From the NCBI GenBank assembly GCA_943704425.1, contig CALSCP010002121.1, positions 1 through 43,246 of the forward strand: a stretch of DNA of 43,246 nt. The letters are read 5' to 3'. The DNA comes from Ministeria vibrans ATCC 50519 (Eukaryota; Protista; Filasterea). The notes under the pieces were generated by a model. That model saw only the letters and a list, made by a program, of their open reading frames with translations, was not told the origin of the DNA and searched no databases. A program made the position numbers and the translations under genes. Positions 1 through 11,813 of the stretch are shown here, in pieces; position 1 is the first letter of the stretch, and each line of letters opens with the position of its first letter.

Positions 1-338
1 ACGCAAAGTCCGTCCAGATGCGAATCTGAGGCGAATCTGAAAAACCTCCCTTACAAAAACCGCTCAATCAGCTCCTATACGGTTGATTCTATGGATTTGT
101 TCTAACTAAGACCTGAGGTAAGCTAGAGGGTGCTTGTTATTTTTATGTTTTGGGTGGAGTTAAAAATAGTCGGCGCGTCTCCGGACGTTCACGATCGCCG
201 GCGCAATGAGCACTTTGCCCTGTAATCTGTAGGTGCCAGGTGTAGTGCAGGACCCGTTCAGTCCCGCTGTTTAGTGTGGTGTCGAAGAGCGATCGCGCGC
301 AGGCATTCACCTCTAATAATACAATAGCCACCTCACCC

Positions 339-1902
339 CTACAACGTGAAGCAGGGCAGCATTGGCATTCGCTCGTGAAGCACACGGGCAAACTCGGGGT
401 CACCACACGACTCGATTGTGTCCACGAGCAGCCGACGTTGCCAGCGAGCTACTCGGGCCGCACGCACATCCTCTGCCGCCTCCATCACATCCTCGAGCCG
501 GGCAATATCATCATCGTCACCCTGCTCCTCGTCCTCGTCGTTCACAGCCTCCTTGCCACGACTACCACCCTGTTCCTGCCTCCGCTTCATCCCCTCTCCA
601 CCGCCACCAGCACCTCCACCACCGCCATCCTCGACCTCCAAAATGGTCCCGAGTGGACCCCGCAGCAGTGATGGCCGCGACGGTGCCGCCAGCCAGTCGT
701 GGAGAGCTCTCTGGAGCTGGTCGGCCCGCTCGAACTGGACCGTTCGCAGCGCAAAGCGCCTCCCTCCGTCCCTTGCCGCCAGCGTCACTTGAAAGAACAG
801 ACGGGGCGTGTACAGAAAGGCGGCGCAGTCGTAGTCGGAGGCAAAGTTGGCGCAGACACACTCGCCCTGGACCTGCGGCAAGAACTCGCTGGGATTGGGC
901 GAGTCGACCGCCTTGAGCTCGACGACAGCAACAAGGTCGGGCCGCGACGCCTCTTTGAACCGTTCGCCGTGGAGTGTCCGGTTGAAGGCGACGTCGGTGG
1001 TACCGGCCAGATGGAGCTGGGGCGCCGAGAGCAGCGTGTGATTGTGGGTGACACCAAAGGGGCCGTTCCACGAGGGGTCGCGCGGGATGATCTACACACA
1101 GTAAGAAACAGGCTAGAAAACAAAAAAAGCTCACCTGTGCTTGCAAATGCTCAACAAAGAGAGGCTGCTCGTGCTTCTCGACGGCACTTGTGAAACGATA
1201 GGGCATGCCGAGACCGCCCAGAGCCGAATCGCCATCCTCAATACCCGACCGCTGAATGCCGGCAATGCGTAAGCGCGAGTCGAGCTTTTCCTGCGACAGA
1301 CCCGACAGAGCGACAGTCTCGGCTGCAAAAACAGGGGGTAGTTGAGAGGATTGCTTTTTGGGCTGGGACTTACTCTTCTCTTGCAGGAGGGTTTTCATGC
1401 CCGCTCGAAGTTCGCTCAGAGCTTCTCTGTCTGTTGTAGCAATGGGGGACGAGAGAAAGAGTGAGGTTGGACAATTAAAAGAATGCTCACCTTCAGTCGA
1501 GAGAGTAGGAGCAGTCGTCGAGCCTACACAAAAAAAAACAAGTGAGTTCAGACTCAAAACAAAGAAGTTTCTCACTTTTTGTCGAGGTCTCCTGATGAAG
1601 TGCCGACTCTAAAGGGTTCAAAAGACAGCGTGAGCAGTGGTCAAATGTGTGAATCGGGATAACTTACGAATTCCAATGTACAAAAGGCGAATGTCAAACT
1701 GAGAGGGGTCCGCTACCGTTTCGAGGTCTTCGGTGATTCTCACAATGAATGTGTTCCGTCGATTACCGCCCGTCTCACTTTGAGAGTCGACAAACGCCGA
1801 CCAGAGAAGCTTGCCGTGAAGATGTTTTCCAACGCTTGCTGCTTCGGGACAGCTGAATGGCGGCGCAGTGAGGCATGCAACAAGAGTTTCACCAGACGCC
1901 AT
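339..1902 (-). CDS. Crinkler (CRN)-like protein with a PD-(D/E)XK restriction-endonuclease-fold domain, ~449 aa, 5 exons
   Basis: Exons 1902-1668, 1608-1576, 1523-1491, 1430-1135 and 1091-339 join in phase through GT-AG introns (1350 nt). The last exon reads ...LAGTTDVAF...LVAVVELKAVDSPNPSEFLPQVQGECVCANF (GxxD...ExK...Q motif) and ends in DDDIARLEDVMEAAEDVRAARVARW, which resembles the tails of CRN REase effectors. Confidence 0.65.
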
Positions 1903-3227
1903 TGTTTGAACTGTTCAAGACTGTGTCAGTGGAAATGAACCGACGTTTTTACTTACGGTCACTGAAGGGCGTGCTACTAGCTGCCATGGTCGGTTATTAC
2001 TACACAAAGAAACGCGAAATTCGGTGCGTCTGATAAGCTTTTGGCGCTGTTCGCAACTTCTTTTCAAGAAAGAGCAACGAATTCCAATTGAGAAGGCACA
2101 AAAAGCCATGGGTAACAGGCATATGAAGGACCACAACAGATAGATGAGAGACAATGAAACGAGACGAGTTGTGTAATGCAGTAGGAGAGGGTTTTCTTGT
2201 TTCGCTTTTGAAAAGAGCCAGAGAGAGAGAGCACAACGTTGCTTTGAGCGACCCCCAAGCGCAGGTACGTAACAAATACACACAAGATACTTGCAGACGC
2301 AAGACAAAGGGAGGGCAAGAACGGAGAGCAACGCAAACCACAAAGCCAAGGGCAAATAGTAAGACGGCGCGATGGATTGCTAGTGCTGCATCGGTGCCTT
2401 ACGTATGGACGGTGGCAGCTGAAGTAGAGAAAACCACAAAGAGAAGCTCAGAAGGTGGAAAAAAGTCAATCTATTTAGCGAAATTGAATGTTCAGACTTC
2501 AGTATACTGTGCGCTCATAAACGCGCCTGAAAAATTTAATTCCGGAAAAAATCAGCAACTTGGGCTCAATCGTGTGCATATAAATCACGCCTCTCACTGA
2601 CCTGACGAATGAGCTCTCGTGATCGTTCGGCGAGGTTGCTCGGGCGGTCGCACAACTCGCTCGTATCAGCGCCATGCATATAGCATGTCTGGCAACGTAC
2701 AACAGCTTCCTCCCCGCTACCGCTACCCGTCAGCCACTCGTCCCGTCAGCCACTCGTCCGTCCGGTTTAAACATTGGTGCGGCCCGTGGTGCGCCTCAGG
2801 GGTACCCCACGTGTTTCACTCGTGCACCACCGAAACTACGGAGAAACTACTGACCACGATGACCCGCGCCACACAGACAAGCATGTTCCCCGCCATCCCG
2901 CAACAACAGTGTTACAATCACTGGCCAGTGGCCACCGCAGTGCGTAAAGGCGTCTCAGAGGCTTCATGTCGCTACCAGCGTCGCTGTCTTGAAGGGGACT
3001 TGCAGGTTCGTGCTCTCGGTGTATGTGTGCGCCTCTCAATAAATTACTCGAATTATTCACACGATTGCTGCGAAAGCATATGGAACTACGGGTGGCCGGG
3101 GTGGGTCTACAAGCGATCCGTTTATGTGGGGTTAGCCTGTGGCAGAAGCATTGTATTGATTGGGATTACTCAATCTCCGAATAAATTCAGTTTATTATTT
3201 ACATTTTACATCTCATCTTACACCTCA

Positions 3228-5552
3228 ATGGAGATCTCCTCGGACGAAGACGACTTTACAGGGGCCACCAAGGGTCCATTGCCCGACAGCGACTCCGGCG
3301 TGGCGGGCACGTCGAGCGAGCCGACGTTGGAGCAAGCGATCAAAATGTCGTCGCTTGACGAGCCCCTTGACGACGCCGAAGAGAGGCTCGCCCCTGTGGA
3401 CGCCGGCCAGCTGTGGTCGGGTGGCGTGGACGAGGACGGCCTTCCCGCCGGTCTTCCAGTAAGACTGACAGAGAGCGAAAAAAAAAAAAAAAAAAGAAAA
3501 CGTCAAACGTTCATTTTGTTTTTGGGCGTTTCTTCCTTCGTTAGGTGACTGGACCCGTTTCGATTTTCAGCAAGACTGTTTTTGACATTGCCGACAGTAT
3601 CGGTGTAGAATTTCTCCCTTGGATGGGTAACGAAACGCAGACAGACGGAGGCAGAGGGAGAGAACGATACCAAAAGGGAGTACCAATGATTGGCATGTGT
3701 CTGTAGGATGGATTTGCATTTGGGCTGCGATTATGCATATTATTTTGGCCATTTCCAACGCCACCTCACTGGTGCGTCTTGTTACGCGATTCTCCGGAGA
3801 GACTTTTGGAATTCTTATTGCCTGGATTTACATTGCGACGGTGACAATGATAAAGCGCATTATTGTTGTTGAATGTGTCGCTGATTCCATGTGTTTGATT
3901 GGTGTAGGCTATTCGCGATTTTGACGAGTTTTTCAAGGAAGAGTCAGTTCCCTCTGCGGTTCTGTCACTTTTGGTTGGACTGTTGACATTCTGGGTGGCA
4001 ATGACACTACACGGTGCGCGTGGCTGGGTCTACTTTAACAAGGCAGTGCGCGGTGTTCTCGCAGACTACGGTACAACACACAAGAGCGACAGAGAGAAAG
4101 AAAAGTGATGATATTTTAATATTATTATTAATAATAATAAATTTAATAATAAATTTATTATTATTATTAATATTATTCTTGCGTATAGGCGCTGCCATGT
4201 CCATCTTCTTGTTCACTGGATTCACTTATCTGCCACGCATCAAAGACATTACTGTGCCACGTCTGAGCGACCAGCTGCCCGATCGCTTCGAGCCGACGCT
4301 GCAGGTTCCAACGGGCGTAGGCAACGAGACGGCCCCGCGCGACTGGCTTGTTGACATGTCCGACATGCCCGTGTGGGGTGTTTTTGCGGCCATTCTGCCC
4401 GCCATTGTTCTCACTGTCCTCTTCTTTTTTGACCACAATGTCTCGTCGCTTCTCTCACAAAAGGAGGAGTTTAAGCTGCGAAAGGGTTCCGCCTACCATT
4501 GGGATTTTTTTGTTATTGGTCTGATGATTCTCCTTTGCGGGTTTATCGGTGTTCCTCCCGTCAACGGTCTTATCCCGCAAGTAAGTGTGTTTGCAACTTT
4601 GTATCAGTTTTTGTCATTTTCTGACTTTACACGTCTGTCTCTCTCCCACTTCCTCTCTCCTTCTCTCTGCGTGTGTCTTGATTTAGGCGCCTCTTCACGT
4701 GCGCAGTCTTGCAAAGCTGCGAGAAGAGGTAGTCAACGGACACAAGCGTGAAATCTACATTCGGGTGCGAGAACAGCGCGTTTCGGCACTGCTTCAGTCA
4801 GTGGCCATTGGCGCCATGCTGGCCATTCTCAATGTCCTCGGAACCATTCCCATTGCGGTTCTGTCGGGTCTTTTCCTCTACATGGGTTTTGCTTCCTTCA
4901 TTGGAAACCAGTTCGCTGAGCGTGTCAAGTTGATTTACACCGATAAAAATCGTCAAGAACCGGCCTCATACATTGGTAACTGAAAACAAATCAACTCTCG
5001 ATGATAATCAATTCCTCCCCTCCGTAATTGTGTTTCTCTCTTTTTTTTTCAACCTCTGTTAGCGTACTGTACACATCGCACGATTCTCAAGTACACTGCC
5101 ATCCAGAGCGCCTGTTTCCTGCTCATCTTTGGCATTACATTCACTCCGGCTGCCATCTCCTTTCCCATCTTTATTCTCCTTCTTGTCCCCATGCGCTCCT
5201 ACTACTTCCCGAAAATCTTCACCCCGCGCGACCTGGATGAACTCGACTCGCCCGAACTCAAGGACCACGTACATGCCGATGAGGACGGCAACTACCCGCC
5301 CTACCCGGGTACACCCGAGGCACAAGAGGCGGAGCGCGAGGCCATTCAGAAGCTGCAGCGTGAGAGCGAGGCTGGCATGGAAATGACCCTTTTGGGCGCA
5401 GGCTCCGTCGACCGCAGCGATAGCTTGGCCACTAGCCGTGATATCGATCCTGCCACTGGCATTGAAACTCAGGTACGATAACGTTTGCTTTCTTCCTTGT
5501 TGTTTTTTTTTTGCACTCATTCTCTTTCTTTCGACAGGTCACTATGTTTTGA
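3228..5552 (+). CDS. SLC4/BOR1-family borate or bicarbonate transporter (multi-exon; TM1-2 apparently missing)
   Basis: Spliced motifs VTGPVSIF, VTRFSGETFG, LFFFDHNVSSLLSQ, AYHWDF, NGLIPQAPLH, VREQRVS, LSGLFLYMG and AAISFPIFILLLVP. Exon 1 is 3228-3458 and the last exon is 5538-5552. Confidence 0.9.
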
Positions 5553-5949
5553 GTGTGTTTCTCGTTTTATTAAAGCAACCAGCCCTATTATTTCCCTACT
5601 ATTAAAATTGGGGCTCGCCTTCTTTTTATTATTATTAAGTGGTTTCATTATGAGCAACCAATTGCGATGCTGATCGCGATGCAGTTGAATTATTCAAAAC
5701 ACCTTTTATTATACTCTACAATTGTCCAATGATTTCATGTCGCACAAACGACACGCGATAAATTAAGCAACCCAGAAGTGTCAGAAGTCAGAACCGTTTT
5801 ATAAACTACAAGAGCGTCAAGACTCAGTCAGGGGCAAGGCGGATAATAAAATAATGCGTCTTTTTAGTCACTCAAACGTCGAATAAAAATAATTATTTTA
5901 TTAAAACTCTATCTCTGCCTGGGGTCATATTGGCCTTTGGGACCCTAGC

Positions 5950-7756
5950 ATGCGTACCGGCAAGAACAAGTCGCTCACGCCGAAGCAAAAGCAGGAGAAT
6001 TTATGGGACCAGCAATTCGAGAAGAGAGGACCCGCACATCTGTTCCTTCTCAGAGTGCTCTCCACGGGCTACGCGCGCACCGGCCCCGAAGACCCCGACG
6101 TCAAAGACTACAAGGAGTTCTCGCTGAAAGCGTCGCGACTCGACGCGCAGGCGACATCGGCTGCGCTGCTTAAAGCGCGCGCTGTAAGACACATCCCACC
6201 ACTTTCGTCGTCCTCCCTTTCCCTTGCCTCCACCCGCCATTTACTCCTTTCCTATCTCTTCTCCTGCCAACCTTCCTTCCTACCATCCCCTGAAACCAGT
6301 CAGTTGCCGTCTCTTTTTTTCGCTCTTTGTCTCCACTCCACTTTTCCATTTTCTTCTTTTTTTCGTTGGTCCCACTCGCTCGTCCCTTGTATGTCGACCC
6401 TCCGCGCCTGCCCTCTAGCGGCCATCTACCTTTCATGTTGGGTTCATCCACGCCCGTTGTTTTGCTTGCCACTCAGTGCTAGCAGTCATCGCAAGTCATT
6501 TAATAATCGTTGGTTTGTTTCGACAGCAATTCAACAAGGCACTGTCGGACTTTGAGTCGACGTTGGAGTGGCGGGATCGTTACTTAGCGTACTATAAGAA
6601 GGTGTTGGCTTTGTCGAGCGCCGAACGCGACGAGAGCGAGGCAAACCGCGCCAAAGACTTGGCCAAGTCGTTTCGCGTCAAGGTGAAAGATCAAATGGCT
6701 CGACTCAACGTTGCCAAGTCACTGCTCGAAGCCGCCGTTGAGAAGCTCCCGCCACTCGAACAGCCCGAAGTTGACCAAGTCGACGCAACCGACAATGTCG
6801 ACGAGGTCAACATGACTGACTCAACTGCCGACAGCGTGTATGAAGACGCATCTCAAGGGCCCTCCCCGCTTCTCATCAGCAGCGACGCTTCCACCACAGC
6901 CGACGGCGGCCAGCAAGACTCTCTTGTCCCCACCATTCTCAATCAAAGACCCAACGCCAACCAGTCGATCATCGTTTTTCGCCAATCGAGTAGTGATTCA
7001 TACGATTTGGTCGACAGCGACGACGACATGCCCTCCTTGAAGCCTCAAAGGCCCACCGACGTCAACAACAGCGACGACAGCGACGACGACGACGACGACG
7101 ATCGTGCCGAGTACCCGGGTGCGACCGCTCATCATTCCTTCTTTGAGAACAACAACACCATGGCGGGTCGCGGCCTACGGCTTCCCTCTGCCCCAAATCT
7201 GTCCGATCTTGAAGTCGAGCGCTGCCTTGGTGGTGGCGGATTTTACAGCCCGGACCACACGTTTGAAGACGATTTTTACGACACAATAACAGAGCAAGCA
7301 GCAATAACACTCGCGGCGCCCGAAGGAGACGGAACAACCGCACCTATGGTTCTTCACACCTCATGTGCACCCGACACGAATCCCGCTGAGGCAGATGATC
7401 CGGACACGTCCGATGTGCCGATGGAGGACCGCATTGTCACCGTCGATCAGGACGTCTTTGAGTGCCCGTCCGTCCCAAACGTCGATCGCTTCCGCTACAG
7501 CGCCGTTCCCTCTCTCGACGAGAGTCTTCTTGCGATGTCTTCTTATTCAGGCGAAAGGTATCACACCACCAACAAAAACTAGACTCTCATATCTTGCTTC
7601 TCTGTCTATCACTTTGTTTCTCTGTCTATCACTTTGTTTCTCTGTCTATCACTTTGTTTCTCTCTATCACTTTGTTTCTCTCTATCACTTTGTTTCTCTC
7701 TATCACTTTGTTTCTCTCTATCACTTTGCTCTATCACTTTGTTTCTCTCTATCACT

Positions 7757-7802
<46 letters not shown>

Positions 7803-10800
7803 GTGTGTGTGTGTGTGTGTTTATTTGTTTGTTTGATAGTGCACCGCTAGACGATGTGTGCTCCAGCTGGGCAAGCCATGTCACCGGCAACTTTGCCTTC
7901 CCTTCACCGAAACACTCGTAAAAGAGAGAAATTTTTTGTGGTGAAAATGATTGACTTCTTTTGTTTTATTCGTCACACTTATAGTCGCCGTCTCACCGGG
8001 CTCTCTTTTGGTCAGCACACGCGTCCCGCTCCTGACCACATACGATCTGAGCTGATTGAGAGCGTCATTCAGTTTTCCTACTACCGTCTCCTTGTCAATC
8101 TCGCCGTTGGTGGCACTTACTTCAACTTTGGTGGTATAATACTGTTCAAATAATAATAATATTTATAATAACAATCATTTTTTAATTTCCTCCCCTCTTT
8201 TTCCTCCTTCTTCGTACCCATGTTTTGGTATCCCTAGAATCACCCAAATATGGCGGCGACATTGATCTACCACCAGTGAGTGTGGAGTTCTCGTCCAACG
8301 ACGAGGATGACACTATCGCAGTTGATGAAGAGGCCAAGGCGAAGGCGGCGGCGGCTGAGCTGCTGGAGATGCTGGAAGGAGAGAAGAGTAGTGGCAATGG
8401 GGCGTCGAAGAAGAAGAAGGTCGGTGGCAAGAAGAAGAAGGGCAAGGGTAGCTCGGCGTCGAGTGCCACTGCCACTGCCACTGCCACTGCCACTGCTGCT
8501 GCTGCTGCTGCCAAACACGATGATTACGATGACAAGACGGCGGACGTGAGCGACGACGATGCCGAGGGTGCAGCTGTAGCCAAGGGAACGACAGTGGAAA
8601 CAGCCGCAGCGACAGTCACGCCTGTTGCGAAAGAAGAAGAAGAGGCAAAGGATGCGACGAACAAGAAGAAGAAGGGCGGGGAGACGGAGGAGAAGGAGTC
8701 GACGGAGGCAAAAATGGTGGTATCCGTGGTGGTGGTAGGAGCGCAAGAAGCCCGACAGCAGCGAACGTGTTTGTATGATCCTGATCGAGCCCTGGCGCTT
8801 CAACTTAACCTTGAAGAGAATCAACGTGTAGCTGCCGAGGAGGCGATGAAAGAGTCGGAATGGATTGGAGCGACGTCGAAGAAGAAGGGGAAGAAGGAGA
8901 GTGGCAGAGGCAGCGGAGGCGCCGGCGCCGGCGGTGGTGGTGGTGGCAGAAGCAATCGAGAGGCGGCAGTGTCACGCGAGACGCCGAAAATTGTCCAGCC
9001 AAGAAAAGCGGCCGAGGTGGCAGCACGACTGGAGGAAGAAAATCGCCAGCGACAGCTCCACGAACGTCAGCAACGCGAGCAACAAGAACTTGAACGCCAA
9101 GAGCGCGAACGACACCAGCGACTCGAGCAGCAACACCAACAACATCTTCAACAGCAACAACAACAGCATCAGCAATCGGCATCTCAACGGCCTCAGCCAC
9201 TGCTACCAGCTTCCACTCAACAACAGCCAGTTTCATTGCAGCACTTTGCGCCCGCGAGCAGTCAGCGATGCGCCGAGCGCGAGCCACTGCTTGCCTCGAC
9301 TGCGCGACGAGCAGCCGGTCGAGGACCGACGGACGTTCCCGCCTGGCGCGGCCTGATCAACCTAGGCAACACGTGCTACCTCAATGTCGTCGTGCAGTGC
9401 CTTTCGATTGCGCCCACCTTTGCCGAGTGGTTTCTCCAAGAGAACTACATTGACGACATCAACACTGTCAGCCGCATGGGAAGCAACGGTGCGCTTGCAC
9501 GTGTCTTTGCCAACCTTCTCATCGAGTTGCGCCAAGGCAGTTGTAGTAGTAGCGGCGGCGGCGGCGGCGGCGGCGGCGGATTGGTGGCCGTGCGACCACT
9601 CGAGTTTCGCAAGGCTGTGGGCGATCTGCGTGCAGAGTTTGCGTCATCGTCGCAGCAAGACTGTCAAGAGTTTCTCGCGCTGCTCTTAGACGGACTTCAC
9701 GAAGACCTGAACCGAGTGAATGTGCGCCCGTACATTGAGCGTACCGACTCGAACGGACGCGCTGATGCGGAAGTGGCACGCGAACATTGGGAACAACATG
9801 TGGCGCGTGACAACTCTATTGTCGTCGACACATTGCAAGGGCTCTACCGCTCGGCACTCACCTGTCCTTGCGACTTCTCGTCGGTAGCCTTTGACCCGTT
9901 TATGTATCTGACGCTGCAAATTCCCGATTCCAACTACCGCACGCAGTATGTGACGTTCATTCAGCCCACGGGTCGCACACAACGCCTGGGCCATCGTATT
10001 AATCGAAATAATCGTGGCATAAAGTTGCGCAAGTTTGTCGCCTCGTGCTGCCCTACAATGCCCCCCCGCTCCACCATCCTCCTTCTCCTCGTGGTCCAGG
10101 GAGGTGTCAAGCACGTGCTTACCGACGACGATTGCCTGTTTGAACTCGACAAGCTTGCGGGCGACACTCATTACGACCTTGTGGCGTACGTTGTCGATCG
10201 CACCCTTTGCCACCTGCCCGTTATTCACCGCTACGCGCCTATTGGCTTCGAGTGCAGTCTCTGTCGACGACAACGCAGCGACACGGTGCGCACCTCCTCT
10301 TGCGCTGGCTGCTACCAAGCATGCTACTGCTCTCGCGACTGCCAGCGCGAGCACTGGGCCGAACACAAGGCGCTGTGTCGTCCACGTATCATTACCACGA
10401 CACTTCCGAGCGTCATCTCGTATGATCCGTCGCGCGCCGACACCTACACGGTTTCTGAGCTGCACGCGCTTGCCAACGAGACTGCTGGCGTGTCGTTGCT
10501 GAGCGATTTCTATGAGAATCTTGATGCTGTAGTGGTTGCTAAGGTGCGTCCGTGTCGTCTTGACGGCGGCAAGCTCAGCACTACGCCGGCACTTCGGGCA
10601 TGGGAGGACGACGAGGCCGTTGTTGACGTGTCGTCGGTCGAGGCACTGGCCATCGACTGGTCTCTGGAGCCCGAAAAATTCTTCCAACTCGAGCAAATGA
10701 TCATCAAACAGCGAGAGGTAAAGAGGAGAGGAATTGCACGTCTGTTTGTGTGTCTGAAACGTTTTTTTTTTTGCAGAGCATTCGCGACCACAGCAGTATC

Positions 10801-11486
10801 AAGACGACAGTGCACTGCGAGGCGAAGCACTCGACAAGTCTTGTCAAGTGTCTGGAGCACTTCCAGAAGCCCGATCTACTGTGCGACAAGGACGCGTGGT
10901 AAGTGAGAAAGATAGAGGAGATACATGGAGACGCGCATGAAGTTGGGATGTGACACTCATTTTAACTCTTTGATATTGATTTAGGAACTGTCCTGGCTGC
11001 AAGTCGCCCCAGCCCGCCACCAAGACCATGTCTGTGTGGCGCTTCCCTCCTGTGCTCATCATCCATCTCAAGGTACTTAATTATTATCATACTTTCAAAT
11101 TCGGATAGCTGACACTGAGTCTGTCTCTTTCTCTCTCTGTGTCTGTGTGTGTTTAGCGGTTTGTGTTTACTGGTGAGCGGCGCATCAAAGTGGACACACC
11201 TGTGTCGTTCCCACTGAACAATCTAGACCTGAATCGGTTTGAGCACGGGCTCGATGATGGCGCTGGGCCGGCCGTCTACGACTGCTTTGGCGTGTGTAAT
11301 CACCACGAGCGCTTCTCGATGCTACACGACCGACTGACTGGTCACTACACGGCTTTTATGCGACCCGGCATGTCCTCCGAGTGGCTCTCTTTTGACGACA
11401 CCAAAGTCTCTGTGATGCAGCCGCACGAGGTACAGTCTGCCGCTGCGTACGTTCTCTTCTACTCCAGACGTACTGTAAAAACGTGA
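5950..11486 (+). CDS. Large ubiquitin-specific protease (peptidase C19) with a MYND zinc finger inserted in the catalytic domain and a long N-terminal extension
   Basis: Cys box GLINLGNTCYLN, QQDCQEFL, MYND-like CSLC..CAGCYQACYCSRDCQREHWAEHKALC, and His box GHYTAF..WLSFDD..AAYVLFY. Exons 5950-6183, 6527-7557, 7840-7917, 7985-8133 and 8238-10717 join in phase, followed by three further exons starting at 10777, ~10985 and ~11157. The USP domain is certain; inclusion of the upstream exons is inferred from splice phase. Confidence 0.85.
7601..7820. repeat. Intronic minisatellite (CTCTATCACTTTGTTTCT)n followed by (CT)n and (GT)n
   Basis: About 8 tandem, mostly ~18-20 bp units directly visible inside USP intron 7558-7839. 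Confidence 0.95.
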
Positions 11487-11813
11487 GCGAGCGAGCGAGA
11501 GAGAGACAGGAGGGAGAGAGACGTAGTGATAGAGAGAAGCAAATGTGATGGAGAGAGAGAGAGTGGTTGAGAGAAGGAGGAAGAGGGAGAAGAAGAAGAA
11601 GAAGAAGAAGAAGGGGAGGAGGAGGAGGAGGAGGAATGCAAAGTGATTTTCTTTGGTCCTGATTGTAATTATTATGAATACACTTTTGACACACTATAAA
11701 GCTTGAAAGCGAAGTGAACTTTTCGGTATATAAAATTTGTTTCTTTCACTGCCAAAACGCTAATTTTTCCCGCCTCGTTTGGGTTTGTGGGGCAGCTGAG
11801 GAGATACAATTAC

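Noticed and set aside
1935-2033. Small + strand ORF MNRRFYLRSLKGVLLAAMVGYYYTKKREIRCV with a TM-like core
   Set aside because: Its ATG is only ~33 bp from the opposite-strand ATG at 1902, I recognise no homology, and the downstream splicing is unconvincing.
9686-10696. Long antisense ORFs (also 21366-22235, 22353-23423, 27925-28716 and 40875-41660)
   Set aside because: They are shadow frames of GC-rich genes on the opposite strand, with no motifs of their own.
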